Positions 60,186-64,000 of a stretch of 64,000 bases of DNA are shown here, in pieces; position 1 is the stretch's first letter, and each line of letters opens with the position of its first letter. The notes beneath the pieces are model-generated. The model ran no database searches. It saw only the letters and a list, made by a program, of their open reading frames with translations, and was not told the origin of the DNA. The position numbers and the translations under genes are program-made. The stretch is taken from the sequence record SRR31156797_5435. The stretch is one strand, 5' to 3'.

Positions 60186-62510
60186 TTAAGGAACAAATGA
60201 AAGTTCCCAAAGAATGGTTGCTGAATATCTCGTGGCTTGAGGAGTCGCACTAATTGGCACCTCAAGTTTGACACTTTGATCCATTGTTTCTCGATCGCCA
60301 AAGCGCTGGACCCAAGTGCCTCTGCCTTGGTTGGCACCTGCTTGTGCGATTATCTCCGCATTTCCAACAGTCAGTGCTGCTTGCTTTTTATGAGTAGGTG
60401 GCTCAGACACGTTTTCTCGAGTCGTTACTACATCGATATTGTCTAATAAAATTCTAGCACCAGTCAGTTGATGCCCTTCATCACTTTCAAAAGGCTCTCG
60501 TAAGGTTGCACGGAGGGTCCAACCGGAATTTTCCCGCCTCCGATCTGAAACCTGCACATAATTAGGGCGTAGATTATCATTTGGATCAGCCGGCTGAAGG
60601 AGTTTTTGCGGCAGGGCATCGTAGGTCGTCGTTTCTGACCGAATGCCAACTGTCCCAAACTGGAATTGGGAAACAAAATCCAAGCTGACAAACCCTTGTT
60701 CTGCATCAATCTCAGGCGGATTCTCAGGATTTACTTGCGTATCCGGATCAAGAGGGTCTACTGGTTGCGGAGTACTTTCCAAACCATAAACCAGCCAGTA
60801 TTCTTGTTCATCTCGGGTGACTCTTGTTTCCAGCGGCTGACCGTCCCGCTCGTAAAGATATTGATAATAAGGAATTGTCAAAGGCAAGATATCAACCGAT
60901 TCATTTACGAATTCTCCTTGATAGGTTGGTTCCCTCAATGCTACCCCTTCTTCATCTATGTGATTGATCTTGATGTTCGATGGCACGCGATCAAATAAAA
61001 AAGTAACATTCTGATGGAAAGGCTGCGGCATAATATCAAATGTACCTGGGTCAAAGTGTTCTGTGTCAAACTCAACCCCATAATAGTCATACCCTAACTG
61101 ATAGGGTTCATCGCTCTCTCGGTTCTTGGGGTCAAGGGTATGAAGGAAACGTAATGGTAGTTCTAATGTTTCAGTTGGTAGAATATCCTCCCCTGTCTCT
61201 CGATCTCGATAATCCACATGGACGGTTCCGGTACCAATGTAATAATTCATCTCTTCAAAATAAAAGGTATGGCGATCACTTCTCGCACCAGTACTACCGG
61301 AAATAATAAATGCCATTGCAGAAACATCTGATGGCTGCCAATCACTGATGTCACGTTCCCAAATCATATCTCTATAAGTAACTTTAAACCAGCGACCTTC
61401 ATTATTTGGCTGATATTCAATCAGGATCGGGTCATCTGCTCCATTTCTAGCACCCGTAGTTGCTGCTGGAGCATCACCTTCCATATATGTTTCCAGTAAT
61501 AATGGTGTACTATGATAGATAAAGCCAGCAAAGGGCGCTCCATTGACAGCTATAGGGTCTCTTTCAACGATAAACCTATTCTGGTCAAAAAAACCTCGAG
61601 TAGCATTATAGTTATTGTCTAGTTTAAAAGCAAACGCATCCCTCAAACCTCCGATTCCAAACGCATTGCCCTCATGACCTATCCTATAGGTCTCAGAATT
61701 GTGAAAACCAAAAGCCATCCCATCAGCACCAAGAGGTTTAGACCCAATATTGGCTTTACCTTTAAGCGTAAATGGCTGATCCAGACTAATTCTGTCTTTT
61801 AAGGTAACATAACCGACTGACCAAGTTGTATCTTCTGTTAGTACTAATAGCCCAGTTTCATCATTGTAAGTAGCAGTATTTTCGTGACCTTCAATAGCAA
61901 AGTGTTCTCTAAAATTGTTTTTGTTAATTGTCACTTCGACCATCTGTCCACTTCTATCATCAGCTTCTGGCTCTCTCGCTTCCGCATCCGCAGCTTGATC
62001 TGCTTCCGCAGAGTCATTCTCTTCTTCAGTCGAATCAGTGTCTTCGGCCTCCGTATGATCTAAGATCAGCAGGCGCTGCGTAGCAGCCTCGGCAACGATG
62101 ATCTCATATTCTCCGATCGTATCCACAAGAATCGGTAAGACAAAAGTCGTTTGTGGGGTCTCGCTGTTCAGCTGCCACACACCTTCGTGGTCTGTTGCTA
62201 CCACCGTTAGTTCATCGTTCAAAGCTTCCTGATCAATGCTTATTTCCTGAGGCAACGCGATGTCCACCGTTTCGAGGGCAACTTCTGAGTAGAAAATAAA
62301 ATCTATTACGTGCTCGACCTCGCCTTGGATCAGTTCCTCCGCAAAGGAGATTTCTCCACTCACTTCATCGTCGGCCTTCTCCTCGTGTTCTTCCTCTGGT
62401 GTCCACGAAAAAATCGTCTCGGCATTCATGATTGTTAATGTTGTAATCAGTGGGAGTAAGGCAAGTAGAACCAGCAACCACTTATTTTTTTTGCGAAAAA
62501 ATGAGTTCAT
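60186..62510 (-). CDS. Large WxL cell-surface protein with L-type lectin and MucBP-like domains
   Basis: Signal peptide; lectin motifs 'GADGMAFGF' and 'SGSTG'; 'PVDPLDP', 'YVQVSDRR..SGWTL', terminal 'YSATILWEL'. Confidence 0.85.
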   Translation of the reverse strand: MNSFFRKKNKWLLVLLALLPLITTLTIMNAETIFSWTPEEEHEEKADDEVSGEISFAEELIQGEVEHVIDFIFYSEVALETVDIALPQEISIDQEALNDELTVVATDHEGVWQLNSETPQTTFVLPILVDTIGEYEIIVAEAATQRLLILDHTEAEDTDSTEEENDSAEADQAADAEAREPEADDRSGQMVEVTINKNNFREHFAIEGHENTATYNDETGLLVLTEDTTWSVGYVTLKDRISLDQPFTLKGKANIGSKPLGADGMAFGFHNSETYRIGHEGNAFGIGGLRDAFAFKLDNNYNATRGFFDQNRFIVERDPIAVNGAPFAGFIYHSTPLLLETYMEGDAPAATTGARNGADDPILIEYQPNNEGRWFKVTYRDMIWERDISDWQPSDVSAMAFIISGSTGARSDRHTFYFEEMNYYIGTGTVHVDYRDRETGEDILPTETLELPLRFLHTLDPKNRESDEPYQLGYDYYGVEFDTEHFDPGTFDIMPQPFHQNVTFLFDRVPSNIKINHIDEEGVALREPTYQGEFVNESVDILPLTIPYYQYLYERDGQPLETRVTRDEQEYWLVYGLESTPQPVDPLDPDTQVNPENPPEIDAEQGFVSLDFVSQFQFGTVGIRSETTTYDALPQKLLQPADPNDNLRPNYVQVSDRRRENSGWTLRATLREPFESDEGHQLTGARILLDNIDVVTTRENVSEPPTHKKQAALTVGNAEIIAQAGANQGRGTWVQRFGDRETMDQSVKLEVPISATPQATRYSATILWELSFVP

Positions 62511-62555
62511 CGCATTCACTCCTAAATGTCATTTCTCTTATTTTCCCCATGGGAT

Positions 62556-62921
62556 CTAGCCCCACTTAGGGAATGTTGATTTCCCTTTTTTGATAAGTTG
62601 TTTTACTACGTATATGTTAAGTGCGGTGATCAGCAAGAGACTTCCGAGAATCACCCAATCCAACCGTTGAATGAAGTTTGTCTGGGGCAGCTGCCCGCCG
62701 GGTTTACCCGTGTCTTGCGGTGGACGCGGAACAGGACCGGTTGGTGGAGATGGTTCTGGTTGATCCAAAGGCTCATAAATCCCGGTAAACCCCACTGTCC
62801 CCTCCGTTTCCGTTGAACGTCTCTCCTCGCCAAAACTCGTTCTTGTAAACCCGAAAGCGAACAATAAGACCAAACATACTTTCAAAGCCCTTCCTCTAAT
62901 AGATGCACCGTTGATATCCAT
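62556..62921 (-). CDS. Small sortase-anchored protein (LPQTN)
   Basis: Signal peptide, 'TEGTVGFTG', Pro-rich linker, 'LPQTN', TM and basic tail; RBS GGAGGAGG. Confidence 0.8.
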   Translation of the reverse strand: MDINGASIRGRALKVCLVLLFAFGFTRTSFGEERRSTETEGTVGFTGIYEPLDQPEPSPPTGPVPRPPQDTGKPGGQLPQTNFIQRLDWVILGSLLLITALNIYVVKQLIKKGKSTFPKWG

Positions 62922-63372
62922 TCTCCCTCCTCCTTGTGAGTTGTTCATTTCGAAAACGATCGTTTTTGAGACGTGTTATTTTATTAAAGCCAATCTCTTT
63001 ACAAAAGCCTAAATAGTACTGTTTATATGGAATTCATTCTATCTTGATCGTAGTCGTACTTGATATCTCAAAAACCATGGTTTTCAAACATGTCATACTA
63101 ATTATATCGATGTTCTACTTAGAATAAAATTCACGATATTCCTCGATCGATGAATATCCTGCATGAAGTTAAAAAAAACATACGTTTCATTCATATGTTA
63201 TTGTTGCAACTATTTTAGAAACTTGCCATCTCCCTTTTATACAACAAAAAGCTCAATGATCTTAGATTACGTTATTCCTTTAATCCTCGACACCTTGAAT
63301 CGACGCTTCATGTCAGGCGTCCCTCTCATTTTCTATAAACAAGACTGAACCGTAATTAGCTTGCTAAAATGC

Positions 63373-63442
63373 AAAAAAACAAACAGGTCCAAAAGTTATC
63401 AAAAGAAAAGTCTCTTGATCCATTAAACCTGTTTGTTTTTTT
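63373..63442 (-). terminator. Long-loop inverted repeat after the RpiR gene
   Basis: AAAAAAACAAACAGG...CCTGTTTGTTTTTTT. Confidence 0.55.
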
Positions 63443-63466
63443 CATTTATTAAAGGAAAAATGTAGC

Positions 63467-64000
63467 TTATTCCCCTGCGGATAAAGAAAACTGACGAACC
63501 GTCTCCGACAACGCTTCGACTAAGAAAAGGCAAGGAATTTGCGTCGTCAAATCTTCATACTTGTTGATGCGTTTCACATCAACTGAATAGTCTAAGACAT
63601 AATCGGACATTCGCCCCAGTGTGCTGTTGGCGTCACTGGTGATTGCTACAGTGGTGAAGTCAGGATTATTACGAAAGCCATTGACCACTTCAATGATCTC
63701 GGTGGTCGTTCCGGTGATTGAAAGGACCACGATCATATTGTCTGACGTATGTTTCAGCTTCGCAAAGATTGGATAGGTATTATCCACCAAAGCATAACTG
63801 TTAAATCCGATCGTGGCAAAACGGCGGGCAGCATATTCACACATTGAACCTGACGCACCGATGCCATAAAAAATAATATTCTCACATTCCAGCATTCGTT
63901 CAGCGATTCGCCGGATTTTTCCTTCGATGTCTCGCGGGAAGCGTTCCGGATCCAAAACGGTCATACTGCTAAAAAAACTGACAGCATCTAACTCAGGTGC
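63467..64000 (-). CDS. RpiR-family regulator, SIS domain, 5'-truncated by the window edge
   Basis: 'IFYGIGASG', 'LSITGTT', 'VAITS'; frame is open to the window edge. Confidence 0.85.
   Translation of the reverse strand, partial: APELDAVSFFSSMTVLDPERFPRDIEGKIRRIAERMLECENIIFYGIGASGSMCEYAARRFATIGFNSYALVDNTYPIFAKLKHTSDNMIVVLSITGTTTEIIEVVNGFRNNPDFTTVAITSDANSTLGRMSDYVLDYSVDVKRINKYEDLTTQIPCLFLVEALSETVRQFSLSAGE

Noticed and set aside
61960-62060. Acidic low-complexity stretch in the WxL gene as a tandem repeat
   Set aside because: No periodic DNA unit; reads as a disordered linker
63163-63348. 61-aa ORF in the AT-rich region upstream of the LPQTN gene
   Set aside because: No RBS or protein-like features; more likely regulatory DNA

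Overview
This is a carbohydrate-catabolism region from a low-GC Gram-positive bacterium. Gene content, RBS style and the WxL/LPxTG genes suggest an Enterococcus of the casseliflavus/gallinarum type (inference). Left to right it contains: (1) the end of a sugar ABC operon, a membrane-anchored AraC sensor-regulator, and an ExuR-like LacI gene with uxaB-uxaA-uxaC and a rhamnogalacturonan acetylesterase-like gene; (2) a ~32 kb, mostly minus-strand polysaccharide utilisation locus (9313-41471) with a LevR-type sigma54 activator, a mannose-family PTS behind two sigma54 promoters, DUF2264, GH88, two divergent GH36s, a CBM-like protein, GH43, a YesM/YesN-type two-component system, an ABC importer, two large uncharacterised lyase-fold proteins (one frameshifted, one secreted), an AraC and an atypical GH28-like enzyme; (3) IclR, eda-kdgK-kduI-kduD; (4) RpiR, a gluconokinase, and a PTS IICB with a GH4 phospho-alpha-glucosidase; (5) a GH3/LacI/ROK/ABC cluster; (6) an LPxTN protein plus a lectin-WxL surface protein, and a truncated RpiR. 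I saw no rRNA, tRNA, CRISPR array or intact transposase. The best candidate for an undescribed system is the dual-import, lyase-driven uronic-glycan locus. All family calls come from motif recognition by eye, not database searches.
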